A program made the translations under genes and the position numbers. Positions 1-10,300 of a stretch of 64,000 nt of DNA are shown here, piece after piece (the first letter of the stretch is position 1; the number at the start of each line of letters is the position of its first letter). The stretch comes from an uncultured Bacilli bacterium (GTDB lineage: Bacteria; Bacillota_I; Bacilli_A; RF39; UBA660). The stretch covers positions 72,589-136,588 of the forward strand of contig CALVJR010000002.1 in NCBI GenBank assembly GCA_944332295.1, written 5' to 3'. Below the pieces are notes generated by a model. That model saw only the letters and a program-made list of their open reading frames with translations, was not told the DNA's origin and ran no database searches.

Positions 1-33
1 TTACAGCTAAAGTGTTCACTTTATTATTATAAT

Positions 34-612
34 GTGGATGATTTTATAGAATTGTGTAAGGATGAAAAGCAGTACGCTACTTTTCTTGATTCGGCTTTGT
101 TATTAACAGAATATGATGAGGGATTTTTACGTTTGGATTCGGAATTCCTTGAGAAAATTTCTAGAGTGATAGAAGAGTACCGGTTTATTTATACTGATTC
201 TTCTTATAATCCTGGTGTAAATGATATGATTTGTCGGTTAAATGTTATTAAGTCTGATTCGTCAAAATTAGCCGATGCTAAAATGGAGCATTATTTATGT
301 TGGCAAGAAGATAGTAGAGATGTTTATTTTACGGATTTAGATGATTTTATTAGTACTATGGCAGATGATTACTTCGTTTATCAAAAATTTTTATCTGGTT
401 ATGATCAAAAGATTTCTGATGTTACGATTTATTCTTCTTTGAATTATTTTGCTGCGATGTGTCCTCAAGTTTTTTTAGATTCTAATTTTTATCAAAGTTC
501 TATGGATTATTTAGATGGTCAGGCTAATAGATATCTAATACGTAAGAATCATAAAATGGCTGCTATTAGGGCAAGAGATAATATTCAGAAAATCAAAAAG
601 GGCTTAAATTAA
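34..612 (+). CDS. hypothetical protein (192 aa), upstream of the spoVID-like gene
   Basis: Complete ORF with sensible codon usage; I recognise no motif in it. Confidence 0.4.
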   Translation: MDDFIELCKDEKQYATFLDSALLLTEYDEGFLRLDSEFLEKISRVIEEYRFIYTDSSYNPGVNDMICRLNVIKSDSSKLADAKMEHYLCWQEDSRDVYFTDLDDFISTMADDYFVYQKFLSGYDQKISDVTIYSSLNYFAAMCPQVFLDSNFYQSSMDYLDGQANRYLIRKNHKMAAIRARDNIQKIKKGLN

Positions 613-668
613 GTCCTTTTTTTTCATATTCTTTTTTTTAAGTCATATAATCTGTTAGGAGGGATGAT

Positions 669-1547
669 ATGAGAAAAGTTATTTCTTTTGATAAAGAGTT
701 AGAATTTAAGACTATGATAGGTGAGATTACTTCTATTTCTTTAGATCAAAATTTATTGTTTGAAGATGATAGTACTGTTTCTGGTGAATTGATTGTTTCT
801 GGTAAATATAAATTAACAGCGGCATCTAGATTAGAAGAGGATTTTTCATTTCATTTACCTATGGAAATTGTTCTTACAGAACGACTAGATTCTGAAACGA
901 GAAATGTTAATATTGAAGATTTTAGATATGAAGTAGAAGATAATGACATTTTACTTTGTCATATTGATTTATTAGTTGAAGGGGTAGAAATTATTGATGA
1001 TGTAGAGAGTGATTGTGAGGATATTAGGGAAAGTTCAGATACTGTTTCTATAGAAGCTACTGATGATAATCCGTCTGTTGAAGAAATTAAGACAGTACAA
1101 ACATCTGATATTGCTGCTCCAATAGATATTTCTACTTCTCCTGAGATAGTTTCACCAAGACAAGAGGTAGTATCTAATGACTCTGCTAATTTTTCTAATG
1201 CTTTAGATAAGCCTGTTGATGTAGATGTTAATGTTAACGTTAATACTAATTCTAACTCTAACATTAATTCTAATATTAATACTATTGATTCTACTGTTGA
1301 AGTTGATAATACTGTTGTTAATGATAGTGATGATGTACATGATGGGGTAGGGTCATTATTCTCTTCCTTTAAGGATAGTGATGAGACTTTTGCTACTTAT
1401 TCTGTATATATTTTCCGAGCCAATGATACTATAGAAATGATTATGGATAAATATCAAGTTACAAAAGAAGAATTGGAGAATTATAATGATTTATCTACAT
1501 TAACTATCGGTTCTAAAGTAATTATTCCAACGCAAATTCATGAGTGA
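669..1547 (+). CDS. SpoVID-like sporulation protein with C-terminal LysM domain and an internal Asn-rich (VN/SN) repeat
   Basis: Strong RBS (AGGAGGG). The N-terminal region resembles the SpoVID N-domain. The C-terminal ~45 aa (YSVYIFRANDTIEMI...LTIGSKVIIP) is LysM-like. A CotS/YsxE-like gene follows, as in the B. subtilis spoVID-ysxE operon. Confidence 0.5.
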   Translation: MRKVISFDKELEFKTMIGEITSISLDQNLLFEDDSTVSGELIVSGKYKLTAASRLEEDFSFHLPMEIVLTERLDSETRNVNIEDFRYEVEDNDILLCHIDLLVEGVEIIDDVESDCEDIRESSDTVSIEATDDNPSVEEIKTVQTSDIAAPIDISTSPEIVSPRQEVVSNDSANFSNALDKPVDVDVNVNVNTNSNSNINSNINTIDSTVEVDNTVVNDSDDVHDGVGSLFSSFKDSDETFATYSVYIFRANDTIEMIMDKYQVTKEELENYNDLSTLTIGSKVIIPTQIHE

Positions 1548-2424
1548 TTTAAAAATTCGTAGATGTTTTTATATTCATGGAGAAAAAATTATAGATACTC
1601 CTGATGGAGAGTTTTTGGTTACACCTAGGTGCAATGATAAATTAAAAATTTTTGATTATTTAGAAAATAAAGATTTTCCTTTCTTTTTACCTATGAGAAA
1701 TTCGAGTTCTGATTCTTATGAAGTTTATCCATATATAGTTGATTCTATGGAGCCTAGTGATAAAGCTGTTGACTTGATACATGTTTTAAGTTTATTGCAT
1801 ATAAAAACTACCTCTTATCGTGAAGTTCAAATGGATTCTATTAAAGAAATTTATGAAACGACATTACAGAAAATTGATAGTTTGAAGGAATATTATTATC
1901 AATTGCAGGATGTGATTGAAGAACATATCTATATGGCTCCTGATGAGTATTTATTAATTCGTAATATTAGTTTGTTATATGAGAATTTGAATCTTTCTAG
2001 AGAGTATTTAAATGAATGGTATGAGAGTAAAAAAGATGAAAAAAAAGAAAGGGTGGTTTTTCTACATAGGCAACCCTCTCTTTCTAATTTTATAGATTTT
2101 AAGACACCTTATTTTATTCACTGGGATTTATCGGAGAAAGGTTATCCTATTTATGATTTTCTATATTTTTATAGATGTCATTATCTGGAATTGGAGATGG
2201 ACTCTTTATTTCAGGTTTATCAAAGTAAATTTTTATTTACATCAGATGAAAAAGCGTTATTTTTATGTTTGTTATTATTAGATGAAAAAATTGAACTTTC
2301 AGACAATCATTATCAGAATACTATTTTAGTACATCATCGTATTTTGTATTCCGCTAAGGCAAGGGATTTTGTATTAAAACAAAATCAAGAATATCAAGAA
2401 GCAAATGAGAACAAATTCTATTAA
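1540..2424 (+). CDS. CotS/YsxE-family spore-coat kinase-like protein
   Basis: 294 aa; its start overlaps the SpoVID-like stop by 8 nt; aminoglycoside-kinase/CotS-like architecture. Assignment rests partly on synteny. Confidence 0.4.
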   Translation: MSDLKIRRCFYIHGEKIIDTPDGEFLVTPRCNDKLKIFDYLENKDFPFFLPMRNSSSDSYEVYPYIVDSMEPSDKAVDLIHVLSLLHIKTTSYREVQMDSIKEIYETTLQKIDSLKEYYYQLQDVIEEHIYMAPDEYLLIRNISLLYENLNLSREYLNEWYESKKDEKKERVVFLHRQPSLSNFIDFKTPYFIHWDLSEKGYPIYDFLYFYRCHYLELEMDSLFQVYQSKFLFTSDEKALFLCLLLLDEKIELSDNHYQNTILVHHRILYSAKARDFVLKQNQEYQEANENKFY

Positions 2425-2625
2425 TAATATGATGGCATTTAGTCTTGTGGTTATGAAAATTAATAGTATGATTTGATAGAATATTATGATTATGGTTGCT
2501 ATTATGCCTAGAAGATATAGTAGACTATTTCTTCTTTTTTGCTTGCAAAAATTACATCTACAGAAGAGATTGTGTTTTGTTTTCATTTTATCACCTATAA
2601 TAATGTATGCATATCTTTTTTTGTG

Positions 2626-2675
2626 TTGACAAAGTAGTAAATTTTTAATATAATTTTATTGATAATTATTATCAA
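2626..2675 (+). promoter_or_regulatory. sigmaA-type promoter (TTGACA 2626-2631, 17-bp spacer, TATAAT 2649-2654) followed by a perfect 7-1-7 Fur/PerR-type operator palindrome TTGATAATTATTATCAA (2659-2675)
   Basis: The hexamers and the palindrome are read directly; the palindrome lies between the -10 and the RBS of the Fur-family gene, implying autoregulation. Confidence 0.6.
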
Positions 2676-2687
2676 TAAGGAAGGCTT

Positions 2688-3065
2688 ATGAATACACGAA
2701 ATACAAAGCAAAAAGAAATTATTTTGAGTGCATTACAACAGATGCATAATCATCCATCTATTTTGGAATTGTATGAACAAGTTAGGGAATTTGACTCTTC
2801 TATAGGACAAGCTACAGTTTATAGAAATGTATCTAAATTAGTGGAAGAAGGATTGATTTTGAAAATTCCAACGAATGATGGTGTGGATCATTATGATGGT
2901 AATTGTATGAATCATTATCATTTTATGTGTCAAAAATGTCATAAATTATATGATTTATATGATGATAGTTTTGTACCGTTTTTGAAAAAAGTGGGAAAAG
3001 GACGTAATTTTAAAGTAGATCGTGTTCATCTGTTACTTGAAGGCATATGTCACGAGTGTGAATAA
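2688..3065 (+). CDS. Fur-family metalloregulator, probably PerR-like
   Basis: 125 aa with CxxC...CxxC zinc-site cysteines (CQKCH...CHEC) and a winged-helix N-terminus. It sits immediately upstream of rubrerythrin and has its own operator. Confidence 0.7.
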   Translation: MNTRNTKQKEIILSALQQMHNHPSILELYEQVREFDSSIGQATVYRNVSKLVEEGLILKIPTNDGVDHYDGNCMNHYHFMCQKCHKLYDLYDDSFVPFLKKVGKGRNFKVDRVHLLLEGICHECE

Positions 3066-3202
3066 TGATTAAGTTTCTTTACTGATTTAATAATTATAAA
3101 GGGACTCTTGATATACTTGTTTGTTTATGTTACTATACAGGTGATAAGTATATTAGGGATTTGTTCCTTTAATATAAAATAATTTAGAAAGAAGGTATTT
3201 TA

Positions 3203-3745
3203 ATGGAATTAAAAGGATCTAAGACTGAACAAAACTTAATGACTGCTTTTGCAGGAGAAAGTCAAGCTAGAAATAAATATACTTTTTATGCTAGTAAGGC
3301 TCGTAAAGATGGTTATGAACAATTAGCTGCTATATTCGAAGAGACTGCTAATAATGAAAAAGAACATGCTAAACTTTGGTTTAAAGAGTTACATGGTGGT
3401 GAAATTCCTGAGACTACTGTTAATTTAGAAGATGCTGCTGCTGGTGAAAACTATGAGTGGACAGATATGTATAAGAGTTTTGCAGAGACTGCTAGAGAAG
3501 AAGGATTTACAAGACTTGCTACATTATTTGAAAAAGTTGGCGAGATTGAAAAAGAACATGAAAAGAGATATTTAACATTACTTCAGAATATTAAAGATGA
3601 TAGAGTATTTAAAAAAGATGGAGACAAAATTTGGGTATGCCGCAATTGTGGATATGTTTATACAGGAAAAGAAGCTCTTGCAGTTTGTCCAGTTTGTGCT
3701 CATCCACAAAGCTTCATGGAAGTTAAAGCTGACAATTACGAATAG
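3203..3745 (+). CDS. rbr: rubrerythrin (ferritin-like diiron domain plus C-terminal rubredoxin-like CxxC...CxxC)
   Basis: The ExxH diiron motifs (EKEH twice) and the C-terminal CRNCGY...CPVC are diagnostic. Confidence 0.85.
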   Translation: MELKGSKTEQNLMTAFAGESQARNKYTFYASKARKDGYEQLAAIFEETANNEKEHAKLWFKELHGGEIPETTVNLEDAAAGENYEWTDMYKSFAETAREEGFTRLATLFEKVGEIEKEHEKRYLTLLQNIKDDRVFKKDGDKIWVCRNCGYVYTGKEALAVCPVCAHPQSFMEVKADNYE

Positions 3746-3816
3746 TTCGGATTATTTGATTATGAAATCTACACCGTATGGTGTGGATTTTTTAGTTAGT
3801 ATTGGGATGAGTTTTT

Positions 3817-4116
3817 TTATACAAGTTTATCTTGTTGTGCTAAATAGTATAAATATGAGAAGGTACTTGCGAAAATAATAACGCTATTAATTAGCCTTCT
3901 TTCCTGGGTGTTAGGGATGGTTTGTTCTGTGATGTATATACATAATAAAGTGATGATTGTGATAGTCCAACCTAATTTTTGTAAATTTTTTCTTTGATTA
4001 TAAGGAGGTTCTTGTAAGAGTTTATTTCCATAGTTAATAAATATCGTTGCTAAGACTATACTTATGATTGCCCAGGTTATGAAGACTTGGTTGTTGATTA
4101 ATGAGTATTTTTTCAT
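3817..4116 (-). CDS. small membrane protein (99 aa, 3 predicted TM segments), hypothetical
   Basis: Hydrophobic ORF between convergent or flanking genes; weak RBS. Confidence 0.3.
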   Translation of the reverse strand: MKKYSLINNQVFITWAIISIVLATIFINYGNKLLQEPPYNQRKNLQKLGWTITIITLLCIYITEQTIPNTQERRLINSVIIFASTFSYLYYLAQQDKLV

Positions 4117-4174
4117 ATTATAGTATATGTCGAAATATTGGCTTATTATGTTATAATAATGATGGTGATTTGGA

Positions 4175-6358
4175 ATGAAAAAACATGAACTTTTAGTACC
4201 TGTTGGTAATATGGAATGTTTACATCAAGCTATTGCTAATGGAGCGGATGCTGTTTATGGAGCTTGTCAGTGTTTTGGAGCTAGAAAGTTTGCTAAGAAT
4301 TTTACGAATGAAGAGATAGTTGATGCTATTAAGTTATGTCATTTGTATGGTGTTAAGTTTTATGTTACAATGAATACTTTGGTTAAAGATAGTGAGGTTT
4401 CTTCTTTTTTAGAACAAGTAGAGTTTTTATATAAAAATGGTGTCGATGCTATTATTATGCAAGATTTTGGAATGATTTCTTATGTTTTAAAGCGATATCC
4501 TAATTTAGAAGTTCATGCTTCTACGCAATTGAATAATTCTTCTTATGATATTGTAAAATTACTTTATGAGATGGGTGTCAAAAGGGTAGTATTGTCTAGA
4601 GAGATGTCTTTGGAAGAGATTGAAAAAATAGATGTACCTATTGAAAAGGAAGTTTTTATTCATGGTGCACTTTGTATTTCTTATTCCGGATGTTGTCTTA
4701 TGAGTTCAATGATTGGTGGTCGTAGTGGTAATCGAGGAGAATGTGCAGGATCATGTCGGTTACCTTATCAATTATATGAAGGTGATACATTGTTATCGGA
4801 TTCTAAATATTTGCTTAGTACGAAAGAATTAAATACTAGTTATCATTTTCGTAAGTTACTTGATAGTAATATTTATAGTTTTAAAATAGAGGGACGTATG
4901 AAAAGTCCAGAATATGTTGGATTTATTACTAGGATGTATCGACATTTGATAGATTCTAATGCTAATGATTTTGATTTGGATGTAGAAAATGATAAATTAA
5001 AGACGATTTTTAATCGGGAGTTTACTAAGGGACATTTGTTTCAATCAAGTGTTAGTGAATTAATGAATACTTCTAGTCCCAATCACATTGGACTTATGAT
5101 TGGTAAAGTTATTTCTTGTGATAATAAGCGGATAGGAATTCGTTTGGAGCAAACGCTTCATCAAGGGGATGGCATTCGTTTTTTAGAAAGTGGTAAGGGA
5201 CTTATTATAAATTATTTATATGATGCTAAAGGGTTGCTTGTATCGGAAGTATATAAAGGTAATGTTTGTTATATTGATAATAAAATAGGACTTACTGGTT
5301 TTGAGACGGTTTCTAAAACTTCTGATTCTTTATTGATGGAGGAGTTGAGAAAACTTCCTCATAGAAGAGTTCCTGTTAGTTATTCTGTTACTGCGCGGGA
5401 GGGAGAGCCTTTTACAGTGTCTATTAGTGATAGGGTTCATACTGTTTCGGAGGCAGGAAGCATTGTACAAAAATCTATTACATCTCCAGTTAGTGCGGAT
5501 AGGATTCGTACTCAACTTGAAAAATTAGGAAATACACCATTTATTAGTGAGGCATTTGAAATTGATAAGGATGAAGATATATTTATTTCATTACGTGATA
5601 TTAATGAAATTCGTCGTACCTTGGTGGATAAATTATCTTGTGCTAGGATGATGGTAGGTTATTCACCAGTGATTCGTGAAGTTGTATTTGATCATTTAAA
5701 TCTTTCGCGTGATACGGAAAAAAGTTGCTCAGTCTTTAATGAAAAGCAGTTGTTAGCTTGTTTAAAATTAGGTTTTAGCCGAGTTTATGTAAATAATTAT
5801 TCTTTGTTTTTGAAATATCAATCTAATTCTTCTGTTTATTATTCTATTCCTAGATGTTTATTTTCTATGCAAAGAGAGATTCCATCCCGGACTTTGGTTA
5901 AAGATTTGTTTTCTTTTTCTAATAGAGATTCTTTCATTGGAGATTATACTTTAAATGTATGTAATATTTATACTGCTTATTATTTATATCAATTAGGGTT
6001 ATCTAAGATTACACTTTCTGTTGAACTTTCTTCTAGCGAAGTGAATAATTTTGTTGATTTGTTCTATCATACTTTTGGTTGTTTTCCTAATGTTGAAGTG
6101 GTTCGATATGGTGCGGTTGAAGTTATGGTTATTAAAGATAATATTTTAGACTTAAAAGAGAATGTATTTTCTTACTATTTAAAGGATTTACATCAACGTT
6201 TATTTCCTGTTTATTTCAATGGAGTTCAAACGATTATTTTAAATTATAATACACAGCCTAAATTAGATTTTCATTCTTTGTGCAAAGACGTATCTGTTCG
6301 TTATCAATTTTATCAAGAGAATGAAAATGAGATTTTTGAAATTGTAAAAAACAATTAA
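4175..6358 (+). CDS. U32-family peptidase (collagenase-like PrtC family), 727 aa
   Basis: The U32 signature region (...FKIEGRMKSPEYV...) and Cys-rich segment are present. Confidence 0.75.
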   Translation: MKKHELLVPVGNMECLHQAIANGADAVYGACQCFGARKFAKNFTNEEIVDAIKLCHLYGVKFYVTMNTLVKDSEVSSFLEQVEFLYKNGVDAIIMQDFGMISYVLKRYPNLEVHASTQLNNSSYDIVKLLYEMGVKRVVLSREMSLEEIEKIDVPIEKEVFIHGALCISYSGCCLMSSMIGGRSGNRGECAGSCRLPYQLYEGDTLLSDSKYLLSTKELNTSYHFRKLLDSNIYSFKIEGRMKSPEYVGFITRMYRHLIDSNANDFDLDVENDKLKTIFNREFTKGHLFQSSVSELMNTSSPNHIGLMIGKVISCDNKRIGIRLEQTLHQGDGIRFLESGKGLIINYLYDAKGLLVSEVYKGNVCYIDNKIGLTGFETVSKTSDSLLMEELRKLPHRRVPVSYSVTAREGEPFTVSISDRVHTVSEAGSIVQKSITSPVSADRIRTQLEKLGNTPFISEAFEIDKDEDIFISLRDINEIRRTLVDKLSCARMMVGYSPVIREVVFDHLNLSRDTEKSCSVFNEKQLLACLKLGFSRVYVNNYSLFLKYQSNSSVYYSIPRCLFSMQREIPSRTLVKDLFSFSNRDSFIGDYTLNVCNIYTAYYLYQLGLSKITLSVELSSSEVNNFVDLFYHTFGCFPNVEVVRYGAVEVMVIKDNILDLKENVFSYYLKDLHQRLFPVYFNGVQTIILNYNTQPKLDFHSLCKDVSVRYQFYQENENEIFEIVKNN

Positions 6359-6418
6359 TTATAGTACTAAAATTAGTCGTTTTATGATAAAATATTTTTA
6401 GATAGGATGTGATATTTA

Positions 6419-6949
6419 GTGGCTAATGATACTGAAGAGAAAATTATACCAAAGAAAAATTATATCATAGTTGCGATTATGTTTCTTGCAGTAGTGATTT
6501 TAGTTGTTTATTTATGTGGTTTATATCATGTATATGACGAACATCAACGTGAGATACCTGTAATTCGAGGAACATTATCTGAAATTTTACCGGATGAGTT
6601 AGATCATTATATTATGGAAAATCCAACTACTGTTATTTATATGTGCACTGCTTCTGATTCTATATGTAGGGATTACGAGAAAAATTTTAAAAAGTTGATT
6701 AAGCAAGATGATTTACAAGAAAGTATCATTTATTTGAATTTAAGTAGTATTGATCAAGAAGAGTTTGTTGATACTTTTAATCGTACATATCCATATAAAA
6801 ATTCTTTGACGAAACATTATCCTGCCTTGGTTTCTTTTGAAGATGGCGAAATAGAAGGAATTTTACAAGGAACTTCTAATCAGGAGTTAACCATTTCTAA
6901 AACAGAGCAATTTATAGATATGCATCAAATAAAAAAACAAGGTGAATAG
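6419..6949 (+). CDS. membrane-anchored hypothetical protein (GTG start)
   Basis: N-terminal TM helix; no recognised catalytic motif. Confidence 0.4.
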   Translation: MANDTEEKIIPKKNYIIVAIMFLAVVILVVYLCGLYHVYDEHQREIPVIRGTLSEILPDELDHYIMENPTTVIYMCTASDSICRDYEKNFKKLIKQDDLQESIIYLNLSSIDQEEFVDTFNRTYPYKNSLTKHYPALVSFEDGEIEGILQGTSNQELTISKTEQFIDMHQIKKQGE

Positions 6950-7095
6950 TTGAAGAAGGAAAATAAATGTAGACATAACAATATGTCTACTTTTTATTGA
7001 TAAGTTCAGTGAGTAGTCTTGTTTTTTACTTTTTTATGGTTTAAAATAAATTATTCAGATGAGTGATTAATTATTTTGAGAAGTGGAGGGATATG

Positions 7096-7620
7096 ATGAA
7101 TCATATAGTTTTATTTGAACCTGAAATTCCACAGAATACAGGGAATATAATGAGAACATGTGTTGCAACAGGTACAAAATTACATTTGATAAAACCATTA
7201 GGTTTTTCTTTAGATGATGCTCATTTAAAGAGAGCTGGTGTTAATTATATTGACAGGTTAGAGTATCAAGTATATGAGAACTTTGATGACTTTGTGTCTA
7301 AAAATCCGGGTGTTTATTATTATTTTACGAGGTATGGAAAAAAGCCACATTCTAGTTTTGACTATAGTAATCCTAGCAAAGATAATTTATATTTTATTTT
7401 TGGAAAAGAATCTACTGGTATTCCAAAAGAAGTTTTGAAGCGTGATTTGGAGCATTGCATGCGTATTCCTATGACTGATGGTGTGCGTGCTTTGAATGTT
7501 TCGAATAGTGTTGCTATTGTTATTTATGAGGCTTTGAGGCAGCAAAATTATGAAGGTTTATTACTTACAGAGCCTTCTACAGCACAACATAAAGGTGCTG
7601 ATTATTTGGAGAGAGAATGA
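7096..7620 (+). CDS. trmL: tRNA (cytidine/uridine-2'-O)-methyltransferase TrmL (SpoU/TrmH class)
   Basis: The N-terminus IVLFEPEIPQNTGNIMRTC is the TrmL signature. The start is moved to the second ATG after GGAGGG. Confidence 0.75.
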   Translation: MNHIVLFEPEIPQNTGNIMRTCVATGTKLHLIKPLGFSLDDAHLKRAGVNYIDRLEYQVYENFDDFVSKNPGVYYYFTRYGKKPHSSFDYSNPSKDNLYFIFGKESTGIPKEVLKRDLEHCMRIPMTDGVRALNVSNSVAIVIYEALRQQNYEGLLLTEPSTAQHKGADYLERE

Positions 7621-8285
7621 TGTTAAATAAGGAATTGGTTTCTTATATTGAACGTTGTATTTTCCCAAAATATGATAGGTTATATGCTCATGGTTTGTTA
7701 CATATTCAGTATGTGATTGATCATTCTTTTATAATTGCTAAAGAGTATGATGTTGATTTAAATATGGTTTATTGTATAGCTTGTTATCATGATTTGGGTC
7801 TTTTAGCTATTGATATGAACCGAGAAGATCATGCTATAGAATCAGGGAAAATATTAATGGCGGATAATAATTTGCAACGTTTTTTTGATGATAATCAATT
7901 ACGGATTATGAAAGAAGCAATAGAAGATCATTCTGGTTCTTTAAATAGGCGTCCTAGAAATATTTATGGTGAGATTGTCAGTGATGCTGATAGAGATGTT
8001 GATATTTACATCTTAGCAAAGCGACAGCTACAAACAAGTATTAAATATTATCCTGAATTGAATACGTTTGATGAGCACTTTGATAGATGTTATCAATATA
8101 TTTTATATAGAAATAAAAAGCCATTTCATTTATGGACAGGAAATTTTAAAGTTTTGCAAATGATGGAAAAATTTAGGAGTGATTTTTTAGATAAAGATTT
8201 TGCAAGGAAAGTTTATTTGGATGCATGGAATTATATAGAAGAAGAGGGATTGAAAGAGAAGTTTATATCTTTTTATGAAGATTGA
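7617..8285 (+). CDS. HD-domain phosphohydrolase
   Basis: H...HD motif (CYHDLGL); the start overlaps the trmL stop. Confidence 0.5.
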   Translation: MMLNKELVSYIERCIFPKYDRLYAHGLLHIQYVIDHSFIIAKEYDVDLNMVYCIACYHDLGLLAIDMNREDHAIESGKILMADNNLQRFFDDNQLRIMKEAIEDHSGSLNRRPRNIYGEIVSDADRDVDIYILAKRQLQTSIKYYPELNTFDEHFDRCYQYILYRNKKPFHLWTGNFKVLQMMEKFRSDFLDKDFARKVYLDAWNYIEEEGLKEKFISFYED

Positions 8286-8304
8286 GTAGTTCTTTTATAA
8301 GGTT

Positions 8305-9159
8305 TTGTTTGATATTTTATTTGATTTGAAAGTAGTGATAGAAATGTTATCAAGAAAAGAAGAAATTGAACGTAGTATTATTACAAAATTTCGTAAAGAA
8401 ATTTGGAGACCTTTTACTAAAGCTGTTCGAGAATATCAGCTTATTCAAGAAGGAGATAAGGTTGCTGTGTGTATTTCTGGTGGTAAAGATTCTATGCTTT
8501 TGGCTAAATGTATAGAGGAGTTACAGAAACACGGAAAGGTTAAGTTTGATGTTTGTTATATTGTGATGAATCCTGGATATCGTCCGGAGATTTATGAGCA
8601 GGTTTTGGAGAATGCTAAAATTTTAGGAATCGATATTCAGGTTTTTTCTTCTAATATTTTTGATGTTGTAGATAGTCAGAATTCCTCTCCTTGTTATTTG
8701 TGTGCTAGAATGCGAAGAGGCTTTTTGTATGCTCGTGCTCAAGAGTTAGGGTGTAATAAGATTGCGTTAGGTCATCATTTTGATGATGTTATTGAAACAA
8801 TTTTGTTGTCTATTTTTTACGGGGGAGAATATAAAAGTATGCCACCAAAGTTGTGGAGTACCAATTTTGATGGTATGGAACTTATTAGACCACTTTATTT
8901 AGTTAGAGAAGATGCTATTATTCGTTGGGCTAAATATAACAATTTAGATTTTATTAATTGTGCTTGTAAGTTTACAGATTCTTCACATATTGATTCTAAA
9001 CGATTAGAAATGAAGAAATTGATTCATCAGTTTGAAAAGAGAAATCCTCATGTAGCTGCTAATATATTTAAGTCTTCAGAAAATGTTAATATTGAAACGG
9101 TTTTAGGTATTAAGAAAGATGGAGAAAAAATTTCTTTTTTAGATAACTATGATAAGTAG
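8305..9159 (+). CDS. ttcA: tRNA 2-thiocytidine biosynthesis protein TtcA-like (PP-loop ATPase)
   Basis: PP-loop CISGGKDS motif, conserved Cys pairs, 284 aa. Confidence 0.7.
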   Translation: MFDILFDLKVVIEMLSRKEEIERSIITKFRKEIWRPFTKAVREYQLIQEGDKVAVCISGGKDSMLLAKCIEELQKHGKVKFDVCYIVMNPGYRPEIYEQVLENAKILGIDIQVFSSNIFDVVDSQNSSPCYLCARMRRGFLYARAQELGCNKIALGHHFDDVIETILLSIFYGGEYKSMPPKLWSTNFDGMELIRPLYLVREDAIIRWAKYNNLDFINCACKFTDSSHIDSKRLEMKKLIHQFEKRNPHVAANIFKSSENVNIETVLGIKKDGEKISFLDNYDK

Positions 9160-9265
9160 ATTTATCTTTTTTAAGATATAGTGTGAAGTTATAATATGAA
9201 AAATATTGATATTGTTGAATAAAAAAGCTCTTTTCATCTCATAAGAAAGATGAAAGGAGCTTTTT

Positions 9266-10042
9266 ATGTCTAAATATAAAGTAGAAATTAGTGGTGTAGA
9301 TACTAGTTATATAGAGGTTCTTAGTAATTCAGAGATGAACGAGTTGTTTCAGGAGATGCAAAATGGTAATTTGGAGGCAAGGACTAAATTAGTTGAAGGT
9401 AATTTGAAGTTGGTTTTATCTATTTTGCAAAGATTTCATCATCGTGTTGAAAATATGGATGATTTATTTCAAATAGGTTGTGTTGGGTTGTTAAAGGCCA
9501 TTGATAATTTTGATTTATCTCATGAAGTAAAGTTTTCAACTTATGCAGTTCCTATGATATTAGGGGAGGTGCGTAGATATTTAAGGGATAATAATAGTGT
9601 GCGTGTTAGTAGATCTTTGCGGGATATTGCGTATAAGTCTTTAAAGTTTAAAGAACAGGTGTATAATCAAACTGGAAAAGAACCATCGATTGAGGAAATT
9701 GCTACACAGTTGGAGGTTAAACCATTTGAAGTTGTTCAGGCTTTGGATTCTTTGCGGGAACCTGTAAGTATGTTTGAACCTATTTATTCTGATGGTGGAG
9801 ATACCATTTATTTGTTTGATCAGTTAGAAGATAAAACTAATAATAGTGATGATGTATCTTTAAAAATGGCTTTAAATGATGCCATTCAACAATTGGAAGA
9901 TAGGGAACAACATATTTTGGATGAACGGTTTATTGTTGGAAAGACACAGATGGAAATTGCAGAAGAATTGAATATTAGTCAGGCACAAGTTTCAAGAATT
10001 GAAAAGGGTGCGATTAAACAATTGAAGAAAGTTTTGAAATGA
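9266..10042 (+). CDS. sigG: sporulation sigma factor, SigG/SigF-type (sigma-70 regions 2-4)
   Basis: The N-terminal motif and the region 2.x and 4.2 HTH are consistent with forespore sigma factors. A YlmC/YmxH gene follows, as downstream of sigG in spore formers. Confidence 0.7.
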   Translation: MSKYKVEISGVDTSYIEVLSNSEMNELFQEMQNGNLEARTKLVEGNLKLVLSILQRFHHRVENMDDLFQIGCVGLLKAIDNFDLSHEVKFSTYAVPMILGEVRRYLRDNNSVRVSRSLRDIAYKSLKFKEQVYNQTGKEPSIEEIATQLEVKPFEVVQALDSLREPVSMFEPIYSDGGDTIYLFDQLEDKTNNSDDVSLKMALNDAIQQLEDREQHILDERFIVGKTQMEIAEELNISQAQVSRIEKGAIKQLKKVLK

Positions 10043-10069
10043 GTTGCATATATTTTATTAGGTGGTAGA

Positions 10070-10300
10070 ATGCGTTTGTCAGAGCTTCAAGGTAAAAACA
10101 TTGTCAGTGTTGTAGATGGAAGAAATATTGGTAATATTATTGATGTTAATATTATGATGGATGGACGTATTGAGTCTTTAATTATAGAAAGAGGAAAATC
10201 TATTTTTAGTTTTAATAGAGATGGGGATACAAAAATTTTATGGAAGGATATTACTAAAATAGGGGAAGATGTTATTTTGGTAAATGTTAATATGAAATGA
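10070..10300 (+). CDS. YlmC/YmxH-family sporulation protein (PRC-barrel-like)
   Basis: 76 aa, MRLSELQGKNIVSVVDGRNIGNI...; family signature. Confidence 0.7.
   Translation: MRLSELQGKNIVSVVDGRNIGNIIDVNIMMDGRIESLIIERGKSIFSFNRDGDTKILWKDITKIGEDVILVNVNMK

Noticed and set aside
959-1264. Minus-strand 101-aa ORF inside the SpoVID-like gene
   Set aside because: Antisense to a well-supported CDS and caused by the low-complexity repeat; no RBS.
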